Shown: positions 10,231 to 20,200, counted from the first letter of the stretch. The stretch: 64,000 nt of DNA from Candidatus Eiseniibacteriota bacterium (GCA_965224245.1 OZ245046.1:4864001-4928000); one strand, 5' to 3'. A program made the numbers and translations. The notes: a model not told the origin generated them from the sequence alone.

Positions 10231-11169
10231 TCAGTCCGTCCCCGAGTCGGCGCCGCCGTCATCGTCGCCGGTCGCCGGGGAGAGGTCGACCGGCGGCGGC
10301 GTCTTGCAGAAGAGCTGATGTATCGGCTTCCACATGGGAGTGCCGGCATCGCCGCTCCGCTCGAACGTGATCAGGCAGCGCTCGGCGATCAGCACGTCCC
10401 CCGGGCCCATGCCGGAGCCGAAACGCTCGAGGCTGACGTGCGCGATCCGCCCGTCGGTGCTGGACAGACACGCGCGGATGCCGAGCGGGCCGCCTCCGCC
10501 GGCTGGCACGGTCGGGGCATGCCCGACCTCGAGGCTCACCTCGTCGGAGAGCCGAACGTGCGTCGCGCTCCCGCCCGTCACCTCGAATGTGACCCCGCCG
10601 TCGGCCGCGAGCGCGAGGAGCAGGGGGAGGCGATCCGGCGCGATCGCCGTCGCCAACGCGAGCGAATAGAGCGCCTCCTGATCCTCGGTCGAGAGCGTCG
10701 CGTCCGGTGCGTCGTCGCACGTCACCCGCACGGCGCGGATCGGCAGCGGCACCTTGATCGGGCGCGGCAGGACGACCCGGGGCAGGAACGCGGTGACCGT
10801 GCATCCCTGTCTCACGCTCACCCGGTGGGTGCCGCCCGGAACGCCGCGCAGCACGAAGTCGCCGCGCGCGTCCGTCTGGGCGACGTGCTCGGTGCCCTCT
10901 ATCGAGACGATCGCGCCGGACACCGACCGATCGAACTGGTCGATCACGAAGCCCCGGAGGTCGTACGTGCGGGAGGCGGCGTCGGCCGGGCCGGTCGGCG
11001 CCGCGGCCGCGGCGAGCATGGCGCTCACGGCGATCCCGGGGATCATGCGGATCGCGGCGATCAGGCGAATCGCCGCCCACACCGCATGCGACGGCTCACC
11101 GCGCGCGAGGCGGGCCCGCCGACCGCCGAGATCAGGACGACGATCGAGAGAACGGCCGCCGTGCTTCAT
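10231..11169 (-). CDS. Exported protein with carboxypeptidase-regulatory-like (prealbumin-fold) domain
   Basis: GFVID..DRSVSGAIVSIEG...QTDARGDFVLRGVPGGTHRVSV. GGAGG upstream of ATG; start uncertain. Confidence 0.65.
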   Translation of the reverse strand: MKHGGRSLDRRPDLGGRRARLARGEPSHAVWAAIRLIAAIRMIPGIAVSAMLAAAAAPTGPADAASRTYDLRGFVIDQFDRSVSGAIVSIEGTEHVAQTDARGDFVLRGVPGGTHRVSVRQGCTVTAFLPRVVLPRPIKVPLPIRAVRVTCDDAPDATLSTEDQEALYSLALATAIAPDRLPLLLALAADGGVTFEVTGGSATHVRLSDEVSLEVGHAPTVPAGGGGPLGIRACLSSTDGRIAHVSLERFGSGMGPGDVLIAERCLITFERSGDAGTPMWKPIHQLFCKTPPPVDLSPATGDDDGGADSGTD

Positions 11170-11202
11170 CTGCACCCACCTCCCGCATTTCGGTCCGGGC
11201 CG

Positions 11203-13470
11203 TCATGGGCCCACGAAGATCACCTTGCTGTGTGCCGTCAGCTCGGATGTCGAAAGCCGGACGAAGTACACGCCCGCAGCCAGACGGCGTCCATCCGATC
11301 CCGTTCGATCGAAGGGTACACGATGCGTGCCGGCCGGGAGCACCGCCGGGACGAGCTCACGCAGCCGCCGGCCCGCGGTCGTGTACACCCCGACCCGCGC
11401 CGTGATGCTCCGATCGGTGGTCACGACGACGGTGGCCGGCCCACGCGCGGGCATCGGGTCGACGCGTACCGACACGACCGGGAGTCCGACCCCCGGCGCG
11501 GCTCCCGCCGGGGGCGCCGCGCCCGACTCCGGCGATTCCAGGCGCCAGGTGGTCAGGAGATCCGAGGACGCCGGACGGCGGCGCCCACTCGCCCGGACCT
11601 CGACCGGCTTGGCGAGCGTCCGGCCCGGATCGTCGGGATAGCTCACGAGGAGTCCCACCGTCGTCGCCAGTGTGTCGCCGGCAACGACGAGCGTCAGCGC
11701 TCCGTGCAGGGTCGCGCCGCCCGACGCGCCGGGCCCCATGGATCCGACGAGATCCAGCGACGTCACCGCGTCGACGTCGAACGTCAGCGTGTCGACGCTG
11801 CCGGTGACGTCGAGGGCCACCGCGCTCGGCGAGGACGTCGTCATCGAGGCGATGCCGGACAGCCGCCCGGCCCCGCCCGCATCCACGTCGATCGCGGTGA
11901 TGATCCGGCCGGCGTCGGGGGTCCAGAGCCCGTCGCCGCTGACCGGCCAGGCGAGGAGCACGTGCGACAGCGCGGCGATGAGCTCCGCCCCGCCGATCGT
12001 GACGCCGACCGGCAACGAGGCCGCGGCGGCGACGCGCCAGGCGACGCCGTCGTCGCCGCTCCCGGCGCCGGTCACGTCGATCGTGACCACGTCGTCGACG
12101 CGACCGAAGACCACGTCGGGATCTCCGTCACGCGCATCCGACCAGAGGCCGTACACGGCGTGATCCCCGACCGCGTGCGCGACGTAGTCGCCGAAGTTCG
12201 GGACCATGTCGGCGGGCACCCCCTCCCAGGGAGCCGCCACGCTCGATGCCGGACGATTGGGGCCGAACGACGCGCCGCCGTCGAGAGACTGCGCCACCAT
12301 GACCTCGCACGCGCTGACGTCGGCGAGGTCGCGCCGACGGTCGTACCAGAGCACGCTCACGCGGCCGTCGTCACCCACGTCCACGCGTGGCCAGAACGAC
12401 TCGGTGGGGTCGGCGTTGTCGTTCACGCGAACCGGCTCGCCCCACGTGATGCCGCCGTCGGCCGACGCCGAGACCCACACGTCGAAGTGCCCGGCCTGGC
12501 CGTCGGACCACGCCACGTACACGACCCCACGATGCGGACCGCCGGAGCGATCGACGGCCAGCGACGCGAACGTCGGGCCCACGGGTCGATCGAAGCCACG
12601 CGGCGGATCGTGCGAGCGGGGTCCGAGCGTGGCGACCGCCGTGGCCGGCCCGACCCACTGTGCGCCGACGAGGCACCGGGACCAGATCGTGCCGCCGCCC
12701 TCCCCGATCGGATCGGTCCACACGACGTGAACCTCGCCCAGGGGGCCCTCGGCCAGCGCGATGCCGTTGGCCCGGCTGCTCTCGAAGATCGTGAGCGGAT
12801 CGGTCCACGTCTCGCCGCCGTCCGTGGAGCGGCACAGCTCGCCGCGGTTCTGGCTCCAGTTGACGTATCCCAGGTGGACGTCCCCCGACGCGGACGCCAT
12901 CAGCGCCGGCTTGTCGAGGTACTCGCCGCCGTTCCGGACGAACGTGTGGGTGTCGCCCCAGACGCCGCCGCCCGGGATCGGCGTGAGCCGGGCCAGGGCG
13001 ATGCCGTCGTCGTTGCCCAGATCGACGCAGGCGATGAGAAACTCGCCCGTTGCGAGGGCCACGACCGCGGGGTCGCCCATCACGTCGGTGTCGGGGCCCT
13101 GCGGCACGGCCCCCAGATCGGTCCACGTCGTGCCGCCGTCGAGCGAGACGCCGACCCCGGTCAGGGCCTCGGGACCCAGAAACCCCGCCGCGTCGTTCCA
13201 CACGGCGACCATCGTGTCACCGGCGACGGCGAGGCTCGTCTCGGATTGCACGCGTCCGGGCGGGTCGCCGGCTCGGTGGTTGACCATCACGTTCCAGGGA
13301 CGGCCGGCGCCCGCGTGTGTGCGCTCGCCGGCATCGCGATCGGCCGCCCAGGCGGTGCGCGGCGCCGCGCGGATCGGGGGATCGAGCACGGGCGACCGGG
13401 GGTGTGGGGCCACCAGGGGCGTCAGGACGAACCAGCACAGGGCGCTCGACGAGAGCATGTCACGCTCCAT
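11203..13470 (-). CDS. Secreted BNR/Asp-box (sialidase-like) repeat protein with FlgD-Ig/T9SS-like C-terminal domain
   Basis: Asp-boxes SLDGGTTW, STDGGETW, SADGGITW, SLDGGASF; GDY motif; C-terminal VYTTAGRRLREL...DGRRLAAGVYFVRL. Confidence 0.85.
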   Translation of the reverse strand: MERDMLSSSALCWFVLTPLVAPHPRSPVLDPPIRAAPRTAWAADRDAGERTHAGAGRPWNVMVNHRAGDPPGRVQSETSLAVAGDTMVAVWNDAAGFLGPEALTGVGVSLDGGTTWTDLGAVPQGPDTDVMGDPAVVALATGEFLIACVDLGNDDGIALARLTPIPGGGVWGDTHTFVRNGGEYLDKPALMASASGDVHLGYVNWSQNRGELCRSTDGGETWTDPLTIFESSRANGIALAEGPLGEVHVVWTDPIGEGGGTIWSRCLVGAQWVGPATAVATLGPRSHDPPRGFDRPVGPTFASLAVDRSGGPHRGVVYVAWSDGQAGHFDVWVSASADGGITWGEPVRVNDNADPTESFWPRVDVGDDGRVSVLWYDRRRDLADVSACEVMVAQSLDGGASFGPNRPASSVAAPWEGVPADMVPNFGDYVAHAVGDHAVYGLWSDARDGDPDVVFGRVDDVVTIDVTGAGSGDDGVAWRVAAAASLPVGVTIGGAELIAALSHVLLAWPVSGDGLWTPDAGRIITAIDVDAGGAGRLSGIASMTTSSPSAVALDVTGSVDTLTFDVDAVTSLDLVGSMGPGASGGATLHGALTLVVAGDTLATTVGLLVSYPDDPGRTLAKPVEVRASGRRRPASSDLLTTWRLESPESGAAPPAGAAPGVGLPVVSVRVDPMPARGPATVVVTTDRSITARVGVYTTAGRRLRELVPAVLPAGTHRVPFDRTGSDGRRLAAGVYFVRLSTSELTAHSKVIFVGP

Positions 13471-13635
13471 TGGGGAGAGCGTGTCTGCCCGGGGACGCTA
13501 GGCGGGGGGCGGAGGATTGCAAACACCGCCCCGCCGGTCCAGCGATTTCGCGATTTCCGGGAGACGGTGAACGCGTCCTTCCCGCATCTGTCATTCCCGT
13601 TGCGCGATTCGCGCAGAGGGTGCAGGCTTGTCGGC

Positions 13636-13971
13636 ATGCGAACGACCCATGGACTCCTGGCGGCGATCGTCCTCCAGATCGCACTCGTCGCTCTGCAGCC
13701 GGCGCTCCTGGTTGCCGCGCTGGACGCGCATCTACACCACGGCGGTCATCATGCCGCCAGGGTCTCCCTCGACGACGCGTCGAGCCACGCCGGCCACGTT
13801 CCGTGCGCACTGTGCTCTCAGCCCTGCTCGTCACCGTGCGCACTGACCGTCGAACGCGGACTCGCCGACTGTTCGACGCTCGTCGATGGACCCGACCCGG
13901 CGCCGGAGGTCGTCTCGTCGAGCATTGCCCGCACCGCGCGCTCGCGGGCGCCCCCGCCCCCCATCGCCTGA
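13636..13971 (+). CDS. His/Cys-rich leader protein with CxxC and C-terminal RAPP motif (DUF2946/CruR-like)
   Basis: Hydrophobic N-terminus, HLHHGGHH, CALC, ends in SRAPPPPIA; directly upstream of a metal-uptake operon. Confidence 0.75.
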   Translation: MRTTHGLLAAIVLQIALVALQPALLVAALDAHLHHGGHHAARVSLDDASSHAGHVPCALCSQPCSSPCALTVERGLADCSTLVDGPDPAPEVVSSSIARTARSRAPPPPIA

Positions 13972-14068
13972 GCGTCCGGCCCCGCGCCGCGCCGCTCCCC
14001 CGTAACCACGACAACCCGTAGCACCCCGGGCGGCCCGCCGGCCGACCCGGGACGAGAAGGGGCGTGCG

Positions 14069-15190
14069 ATGCAGTTTCTCTTCCGCGCGACGCGGACCGC
14101 CACCGCGTTCGCGATGCTTCTGACCGGGCTCGCTCAGACCACGAGCGCCGCCGGAAACCCGGCGATCTCCGTGCTCGGAGATCTGCGCGCCAAATGGTCG
14201 AACGAGTCGGACACCGAGGCCGATCTCCACGAGCTCGAGATCGGCGTCGTCGGTCCACTCAATCCTTACGCCAGAGCCGAGGTGTACCTCGCGATCCACG
14301 ACGGCGAGTCCATCGAGGTCGAGGAGGCCAGGATCCATCTGGATCGATACCTCCCGGCCGGGCTGTCGCTGATGCTGGGACGCTCGCTGATCGACGTCGG
14401 GCGTCTCAACCGAACCCACCCGCACGCGTACCCGTTCGTGGACCGGCCGCTGATGCACGAGCGGTTCTTCGGATCCGACGGCGCGGTGGACGTCGGCGCA
14501 CGGCTGGAGTGGCTCGCCCCCCTCGACGCGATCGCCACCACGGCGTCGGTCGGTGTCGTCCGGGGCGACGTGTTCCTGGGCGGACACGAGCACGACGCCG
14601 ACGTGGAGGCGGACGACGCCGCGGACGCGACGGGCCCCCACGCCGAGGAGGAGCCCGAGTTCGGCGTGACCGGTCGCGTCGAGCTCTTCCTCGAGGCGTC
14701 GGCCGACCTGTCCGTCGCTCTGGGCGGCTCGTTCCTGACCGGTGAGATCGAGCCCGACGCCGGCACCCGGGCCGTGTGGTTCGGGCCCGACCTCGTGATG
14801 AAGCTCGATCTCGGCCCCACGCGCCGACTCGTCGTGAACGTGGAGGCACTGTTCGCGTCGATCGACGACATGGAGACGTCGCTCGAGCGTGTCGGGGTGC
14901 ACAGGTCCTCCGGCATGCGCGGCGATCCCGGCGGCGTCTTCGCCGCGGCGGATCTCCGGACATCGAAACGCTGGAACCTGGGTATGTTCGGAGAGTCGGC
15001 CACGGGGCGACTCCACGACGCGGACCGCACCACGCGCGTCGGCGCCTTCGTCGGTCTGTCCCTGATGGAGGAGACGACCGTGTTTCGTCTGCTGGCCCGG
15101 CACACCGATCCCGACGCCGGCGACGGTGAGAACGAGCTCGTGTTCCAGGCCCTCTTTGGGCTGGGTCCGCACTCACCCCACAGGTACTGA
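14069..15190 (+). CDS. Outer-membrane beta-barrel associated with Zn/Mn uptake
   Basis: Signal peptide, NPAISVLGD, EVEEA, GRLNRTHPHAYPFVDRP, His/acidic loop, C-terminal LGPHSPHRY. Confidence 0.75.
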   Translation: MQFLFRATRTATAFAMLLTGLAQTTSAAGNPAISVLGDLRAKWSNESDTEADLHELEIGVVGPLNPYARAEVYLAIHDGESIEVEEARIHLDRYLPAGLSLMLGRSLIDVGRLNRTHPHAYPFVDRPLMHERFFGSDGAVDVGARLEWLAPLDAIATTASVGVVRGDVFLGGHEHDADVEADDAADATGPHAEEEPEFGVTGRVELFLEASADLSVALGGSFLTGEIEPDAGTRAVWFGPDLVMKLDLGPTRRLVVNVEALFASIDDMETSLERVGVHRSSGMRGDPGGVFAAADLRTSKRWNLGMFGESATGRLHDADRTTRVGAFVGLSLMEETTVFRLLARHTDPDAGDGENELVFQALFGLGPHSPHRY

Positions 15191-15192
15191 CC

Positions 15193-16110
15193 ATGAACAC
15201 GCCCATGCATCCGCCACGTGCGTCCCGGCTGCTCGGGGTCGTTCTGGCCACGCTCGTGGCCATGCTCGGCGCCGGCGCCGCCGAGGCACGCGTGCGCGTC
15301 GTGGCCGCGATCACCGACCTCGGCGCGATCGCCGAGGCCGTCGGCGGCGATCACGTCGAGATCGAGGTCGTGGCTCGACCGGATCGCAATCCGCACGCCG
15401 TCGAGATCCGGCCCAGCACGATGCGGAAGACCGCGCGCGCCGACGTGTATCTCGAGGCGGGGCTGTCGCTCGATCCCTGGTCCCGCGGGATCATCGACGG
15501 CTCGCGAAACCGCGAACTCGTCGTCGTGGACTGCTCGTCGGCCATCGTGCCCCTGGAGGTACCCACCGGGCCGGTCGACGCGTCGATGGGCGACGTGCAC
15601 CCCGACGGCAATCCACATTACTGGCTGGATCCGGTGAACGGCGTCGCGGTGGCGCGTCACGTCGCAGAGGTGTTCGCCACGCACGACGCCGCGCACGCGG
15701 CGACGTACCGCACGAACGCCGACGCGTTCGCGACGCGGATCGCGGCGGCCTCCAGCCGATGGTCCGAGATGCTGGCGGGCCGGTCGTTCATCGAGTACCA
15801 CCGCACGTGGGTGTACTTCGCCACCCGCTTCGGCATGACGATCGCCGACACCGTGGAGCCGTTCCCGGGAATACCCCCGAGCGCGCGTCACCTGGCGGCG
15901 CTCGTCGAGCGCATTCGCGCGGACGCGATCTCGCGGGTGGTCTACGACGTCTATCACGACCCGGGTCCGGTGGAGTTCCTGGCGCGCGAGACGGGCGTGG
16001 TCACGACGCGACTCACGTCGATGTGCGCCCGGCCCACCGCGGAGTCGTACCTCGAGAATCTCGAGCGTGCGGCCACCGCGTTCGGTGTCGCCGATGCGGA
16101 GACACCATGA
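15193..16110 (+). CDS. Metal ABC transporter substrate-binding protein (ZnuA/TroA family)
   Basis: NPHAVE, GDVHPDGNPHYWLDP, YHRTWVYF, EPFPGIPPS. Confidence 0.9.
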   Translation: MNTPMHPPRASRLLGVVLATLVAMLGAGAAEARVRVVAAITDLGAIAEAVGGDHVEIEVVARPDRNPHAVEIRPSTMRKTARADVYLEAGLSLDPWSRGIIDGSRNRELVVVDCSSAIVPLEVPTGPVDASMGDVHPDGNPHYWLDPVNGVAVARHVAEVFATHDAAHAATYRTNADAFATRIAAASSRWSEMLAGRSFIEYHRTWVYFATRFGMTIADTVEPFPGIPPSARHLAALVERIRADAISRVVYDVYHDPGPVEFLARETGVVTTRLTSMCARPTAESYLENLERAATAFGVADAETP

Positions 16111-16925
16111 GCGGCGGGTGGCTCACCGAGCCGTGGACGTACCCGTTCATGCGCTGGGCGCTTCTTGCGTGTCTCGTGCTCGCCGGCATTCACGCGTATC
16201 TCGGGTTCCACGTGGTGCGCCGGGGCGTGCTGTTCGTGGACCTGGCGATGGCGCAGATGGCGGCGCTCGGGTCGGCGGTCGGCGTCGTGCTCGACATCGA
16301 GCATGGCACGGCGGCCGAGTACGCGATCTCGCTCGGGTTCGCACTGGCCGCGGCCGCCCTGTTCGCCTCGATCCGGGGACGTCGCATCCCGGCCGAGGCC
16401 ATCATCGCGGCGGTCTACGGGCTCGCGTCCGCCGCCACGTTCGTCGTGCTCGAGCACTCGCCGCACGGCATGGACGAGGTGAAGCACCTCCTCGTCGGTC
16501 AGGTGCTGACGGTCGCGCCGGCGAAGGTCCTGACGACGACGATCGTGTACGCGGTGATCGGGATGGTCTTCATCCGGTTGCACGCACGCTTCCTGGCCGC
16601 GAGCGACGGACGGGACGTGACACATCCGAAGTGGACCGAGTTCGCGTTCTTCGCGGCGTTCTCCGTGGTGGTGACGAGCTCGGTCTCGATGGTCGGGGTG
16701 CTGCTCGTGTTCAGCTTCCTGGTGTTGCCGGCGATCGGAGGCGCGTTGATCGCGCGGCCGCCGGCGCGCCAGCTCGCGGTCGGGTGGTCGCTGGCACTGG
16801 CCTCGGCGTTCGTGGGGCTTCACGCCGCGTTCCACCTGGATTCGCCGGCGGCGCCCATCATCTCGCTCACGCTGGGGGCGATGCTCGTGGTGACGTCGGT
16901 GCTCGCGTCGCGCCGGCGGGCGTGA
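16107..16925 (+). CDS. Metal ABC transporter permease (ZnuB/ABC-3 family)
   Basis: ATGA overlap with the binding-protein gene; GFHVVRRGVLFVDLAMAQ, GVLLVFSFLVLPA; multiple TM helices. Confidence 0.9.
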   Translation: MSGGWLTEPWTYPFMRWALLACLVLAGIHAYLGFHVVRRGVLFVDLAMAQMAALGSAVGVVLDIEHGTAAEYAISLGFALAAAALFASIRGRRIPAEAIIAAVYGLASAATFVVLEHSPHGMDEVKHLLVGQVLTVAPAKVLTTTIVYAVIGMVFIRLHARFLAASDGRDVTHPKWTEFAFFAAFSVVVTSSVSMVGVLLVFSFLVLPAIGGALIARPPARQLAVGWSLALASAFVGLHAAFHLDSPAAPIISLTLGAMLVVTSVLASRRRA

Positions 16926-16941
16926 CGCCGGTGCCGGAGCG

Positions 16942-17181
16942 TCAGCGGCCGCCGCGCTCGCGGAGGATGCGCGCCTCGAGCTCGCGCAGGAGCGCCTCGT
17001 CGAAGCGCTGATCGTCGGCCAGGCGCCGGAACGCGGCGCCGATCCGGCGAATCTGCTGGGCGTAGCGGCGACACCCGGGGCACAGCGCCAGATGCAGGCG
17101 CGCCTCGAACCGCCTCATCTTGCCGAGGTCGCCGAACCCCTCCTCGGCGACGAGTCGAACCAGATCTCGACAGGTCAACAT
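16942..17181 (-). CDS. Small zinc-binding anti-sigma factor (zf-HC2)
   Basis: MLTC...HLALCPGC (C-x26-H-x3-C-x2-C pattern); follows an ECF sigma gene. Confidence 0.85.
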   Translation of the reverse strand: MLTCRDLVRLVAEEGFGDLGKMRRFEARLHLALCPGCRRYAQQIRRIGAAFRRLADDQRFDEALLRELEARILRERGGR

Positions 17182-17187
17182 GTCACG

Positions 17188-17778
17188 TCAGCTCAGCCCC
17201 ACGCCCTTGCCTTCGAGGCACTCGCGCATCCGGTTGCGCGCACGAAAAAGTAGCACACCCAGGTTGGTGACGCTGACCTCCAGAACCTTACAGAGCTCGT
17301 CGGTGGAGAGACCCTGAACCTCCCGTAAGAGCAGGGCCAGACGCTGGTTCCGGGACACGCCGTTCAGGCAGTCCTCGATCTCGGCCCGGACCTCGGCCCG
17401 CTCCAGATCCAGATCGACCGCCTTGGGCCCCGTGCTCCAGCGTCCGCGGGCGTTGAATCGCGTCTCCACCACGTCGTCGATGTCGTCGTGCTCCCTCTCG
17501 CGCTTCACCGCGCGGTAGGTCTCCTGGATCTTTCGATAGAGGATACCGAACAGGAACGTGCGCACGTGCGAGCGACCCTCGAACTCCGGTAGCTTCTCGA
17601 GAAACGTGATGAACGTGTTCTGGGTGGTGTCGCGCGCGTCGTCCTCGGAGAGCCCTGCGCCGCGCGCGGCGCGCAGCACCTGCGGCAGGTAGGTGCGGAC
17701 GACGTCGCGGACCGCCGCCTCGTCACCGTTTCGCAGCTTCTCGACGAACTCGGGCCCAGCGAACGATCGCGCGGTCAT
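17188..17778 (-). CDS. ECF RNA polymerase sigma factor
   Basis: Region 2 (DTTQNTF, FEGRSHVRTFLFGIL) and region 4 (LLREVQGLSTDELC, LLFRAR). Confidence 0.92.
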   Translation of the reverse strand: MTARSFAGPEFVEKLRNGDEAAVRDVVRTYLPQVLRAARGAGLSEDDARDTTQNTFITFLEKLPEFEGRSHVRTFLFGILYRKIQETYRAVKREREHDDIDDVVETRFNARGRWSTGPKAVDLDLERAEVRAEIEDCLNGVSRNQRLALLLREVQGLSTDELCKVLEVSVTNLGVLLFRARNRMRECLEGKGVGLS

Positions 17779-18012
17779 TGGACTCTTCCCGTGCTGTGGC
17801 GGCGGGGGCGGGCGGCCGCCAGGTCGCGCATGTCTTGACGCTGCAACGACTCTGCTGGTCTGATACCCCCATGGGGCGCCGGTGGATCCAGCAGCCCGAT
17901 CGTGCGCTCCCCGGCGTCTGGAAACAAGGTCAGACCGATCACCTTTTCGTCACGTCGTGCTCACGCGCGCGCGACCGTGAAACGTGAGACCCCAGCCTGC
18001 GAGGTGCGCGCC

Positions 18013-18849
18013 ATGTCATCGACCGGATCGTCCACGAACCACCGGCTGGCCGTTCTCGGAGGGGGCAACATCGGCGGCGCGATCGCCAGGGGCCTCGTGC
18101 GGTCGGGCTGGCTGCCGGCGAGCGCCATCACGCTGACCCGGCGCCACGCCGACTCGCTGGCGCCCCTGGCCAGCGAGGGGTTCGGCACGACCGCCGACAA
18201 CCCGGCCGCCGTCTCGGCGGCCGATCTGGTGATCCTGGCGGTCGCGCCGGGGCACCTCGACGGGCTCCTGGACGAGATCGCGCCCGCGGTGGACGCTTCC
18301 CGGCACACCCTCGCGTCGGTGGTGTCGGGGGTCTCGTGCGACCACATCCGCGACCGGCTCCGCCTGGATCCGGCGCCCCCGATCATCCGCGCGATGCCCA
18401 ACACGGCCGCCGCGCTGGCCCAGTCGATGACGTGCCTGGCCGGATCGGACCTGGCGGGTCCGGGCGGCGAGGCCGCGACCGCCCTGTTCGGGGCAATCGG
18501 GCTGACGCTGATCGTGGACGAGGAGCAGATGGCCTCGGCCACGGCGCTCGGGGCCTGCGGGGTCGCGTTCTTCCTCCGCGCCATTCGCGCGGCGTCGCAG
18601 GGGGGGATCGAGATCGGCTTCCACGCGCCGGAGGCGATCATGATCGCCGCCCAGACGGCGCTCGGCGCGGCGTCGTTACTCCTTTCGGGACAAGCACATC
18701 CGGAGCGCGCCATCGATCACGTCACGACTCCCCGGGGCTGCACGATCGCCGGCCTCAACGAGATGGAGCACCGGGGATTCAGCTCGGCGATGATCAAGGG
18801 GATCGTCACGTCGGCCACCAAGGCGGGACATCTTTATACGAACGGTTAG
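18013..18849 (+). CDS. proC: Pyrroline-5-carboxylate reductase
   Basis: LGGGNIG, IRAMPNTA, VTTPRGCTIAGL. Confidence 0.93.
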   Translation: MSSTGSSTNHRLAVLGGGNIGGAIARGLVRSGWLPASAITLTRRHADSLAPLASEGFGTTADNPAAVSAADLVILAVAPGHLDGLLDEIAPAVDASRHTLASVVSGVSCDHIRDRLRLDPAPPIIRAMPNTAAALAQSMTCLAGSDLAGPGGEAATALFGAIGLTLIVDEEQMASATALGACGVAFFLRAIRAASQGGIEIGFHAPEAIMIAAQTALGAASLLLSGQAHPERAIDHVTTPRGCTIAGLNEMEHRGFSSAMIKGIVTSATKAGHLYTNG

Positions 18850-19123
18850 GTCTCGGCAGGCCCCGACGGTGAACCCCACGGCGTGACGGTGCGACCCGTC
18901 GAGCTGGCGTTAGTATAGATATCGTTTCAAAAACAAACCAAAACAAACTGCCTCGAGCCCCGATGTCGCGAACGGTTCCGGGCCCCCTTCCGGGCGAGGC
19001 CCCGGCCGCCCGCTCCGGAACCGACGCAACGTTGCCGGGGTGGGCACGTCAGCGGTACAGTTCACGGCCCGCGAACGGGGCCACTCCGCCTCGCCGCACG
19101 ACCGTCGCGAAGGAGCCGCCGAG

Positions 19124-20200
19124 ATGGCGATCGTTGCCGCCTCCCCCGAGGCCACCTACGAGCAGATGAAGGCGAAGCTCCGGGACGTCGTCCCCGACTT
19201 CGAGCTGCGCGAGAAGGCCGAGCTGGCCTTTCGCATCAATCAGCTGAAGGCCGAGCGCGACGCCGTCATCCTCGGGCACAACTACATGGAGCCCGCGCTC
19301 TTTCACTCGGTGCCCGACATCACCGGCGACTCGCTCGAGCTCTGTCGTCGCGCGAAGGCGGCCACCCAGTCGGTGATCGTCTTCTGTGGCGTCGAGTTCA
19401 TGGCCGAGACGGCGAAGATCCTGAACCCCGAGCGCACGGTGCTGATCCCGTCGCAGAAGGCGGGGTGCTCGTTGGCGTCGTCGATCACCGCCGCCGACGT
19501 GCGTGCGCTCCGCGAGCGATACCCGGGCGTGCCGGTCGTCACGTACATCAACACGTACGCCGACGTGAAGGCCGAGTGTGACATCGTGTGCACGTCGGGC
19601 AACGCGGCCGCGGTCGTCGAGTCGCTCGAGAGCGACACGATCATCTTCCTGCCCGACGAGTATCTCGCGGCCAACGTGGCCGACGAGACCGGCCGTCACA
19701 TCATCTACCCGACGAAGGATCCGGTCGCGTCCGCGAAGGTGGAGTCGTCGTCGATCCAGGTCGAGATGATCGGCTGGCACGGGCGCTGCGAGGTACACGA
19801 CAGGTTCACGGTCGAGGACATCGAGAACGTGCGCCGGCAGTTCCCCGACGTGCTGGTCCTCGCGCACCCCGAGTGCAGCCGCGAGGTCGTGGCGGCGTCG
19901 GACTTCTCGGGCTCCACGAGCGCGATGATCGCGCACGTGCGCGAGTCGGACGCGCCGCGCTATCTCCTCCTGACCGAGTGCTCCATGGGAGACAACATCA
20001 TGGCGGAGAACCCCGACAAGGAGATGCTGCGGCTCTGCAGCGTCCGGTGCCCGCACATGAACACGATCACGCTCGAGGACACGCTCGCGGCGCTTCAGCA
20101 CCTGCAGTACGAGGTGCACGTGCCTGCCGACATCCGCGTGCGCGCGCTCCGGGCCGTCGAGCGGATGCTCGAGGTCACCGGCCAGGACGTTCCGGGATAG
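19124..20200 (+). CDS. nadA: Quinolinate synthase
   Basis: ILGHNY, GDSL, FCGVEFMAETAKILNP; three cluster cysteines (GCSLA, CEVH, CPHM). RBS AAGGAG. Confidence 0.95.
   Translation: MAIVAASPEATYEQMKAKLRDVVPDFELREKAELAFRINQLKAERDAVILGHNYMEPALFHSVPDITGDSLELCRRAKAATQSVIVFCGVEFMAETAKILNPERTVLIPSQKAGCSLASSITAADVRALRERYPGVPVVTYINTYADVKAECDIVCTSGNAAAVVESLESDTIIFLPDEYLAANVADETGRHIIYPTKDPVASAKVESSSIQVEMIGWHGRCEVHDRFTVEDIENVRRQFPDVLVLAHPECSREVVAASDFSGSTSAMIAHVRESDAPRYLLLTECSMGDNIMAENPDKEMLRLCSVRCPHMNTITLEDTLAALQHLQYEVHVPADIRVRALRAVERMLEVTGQDVPG

Noticed and set aside
10003-13635. 1322-aa plus-strand ORF
   Set aside because: Arg/Gly-rich shadow of real minus-strand genes in high-GC DNA; only its last 111 codons (13636-13971) look like a real gene.
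18900-18950. NAD+-II riboswitch suggested by GCGTT...AAAAAC
   Set aside because: No convincing P1 stem, and it lies ~180 nt from the RBS; a promoter/operator is more plausible.
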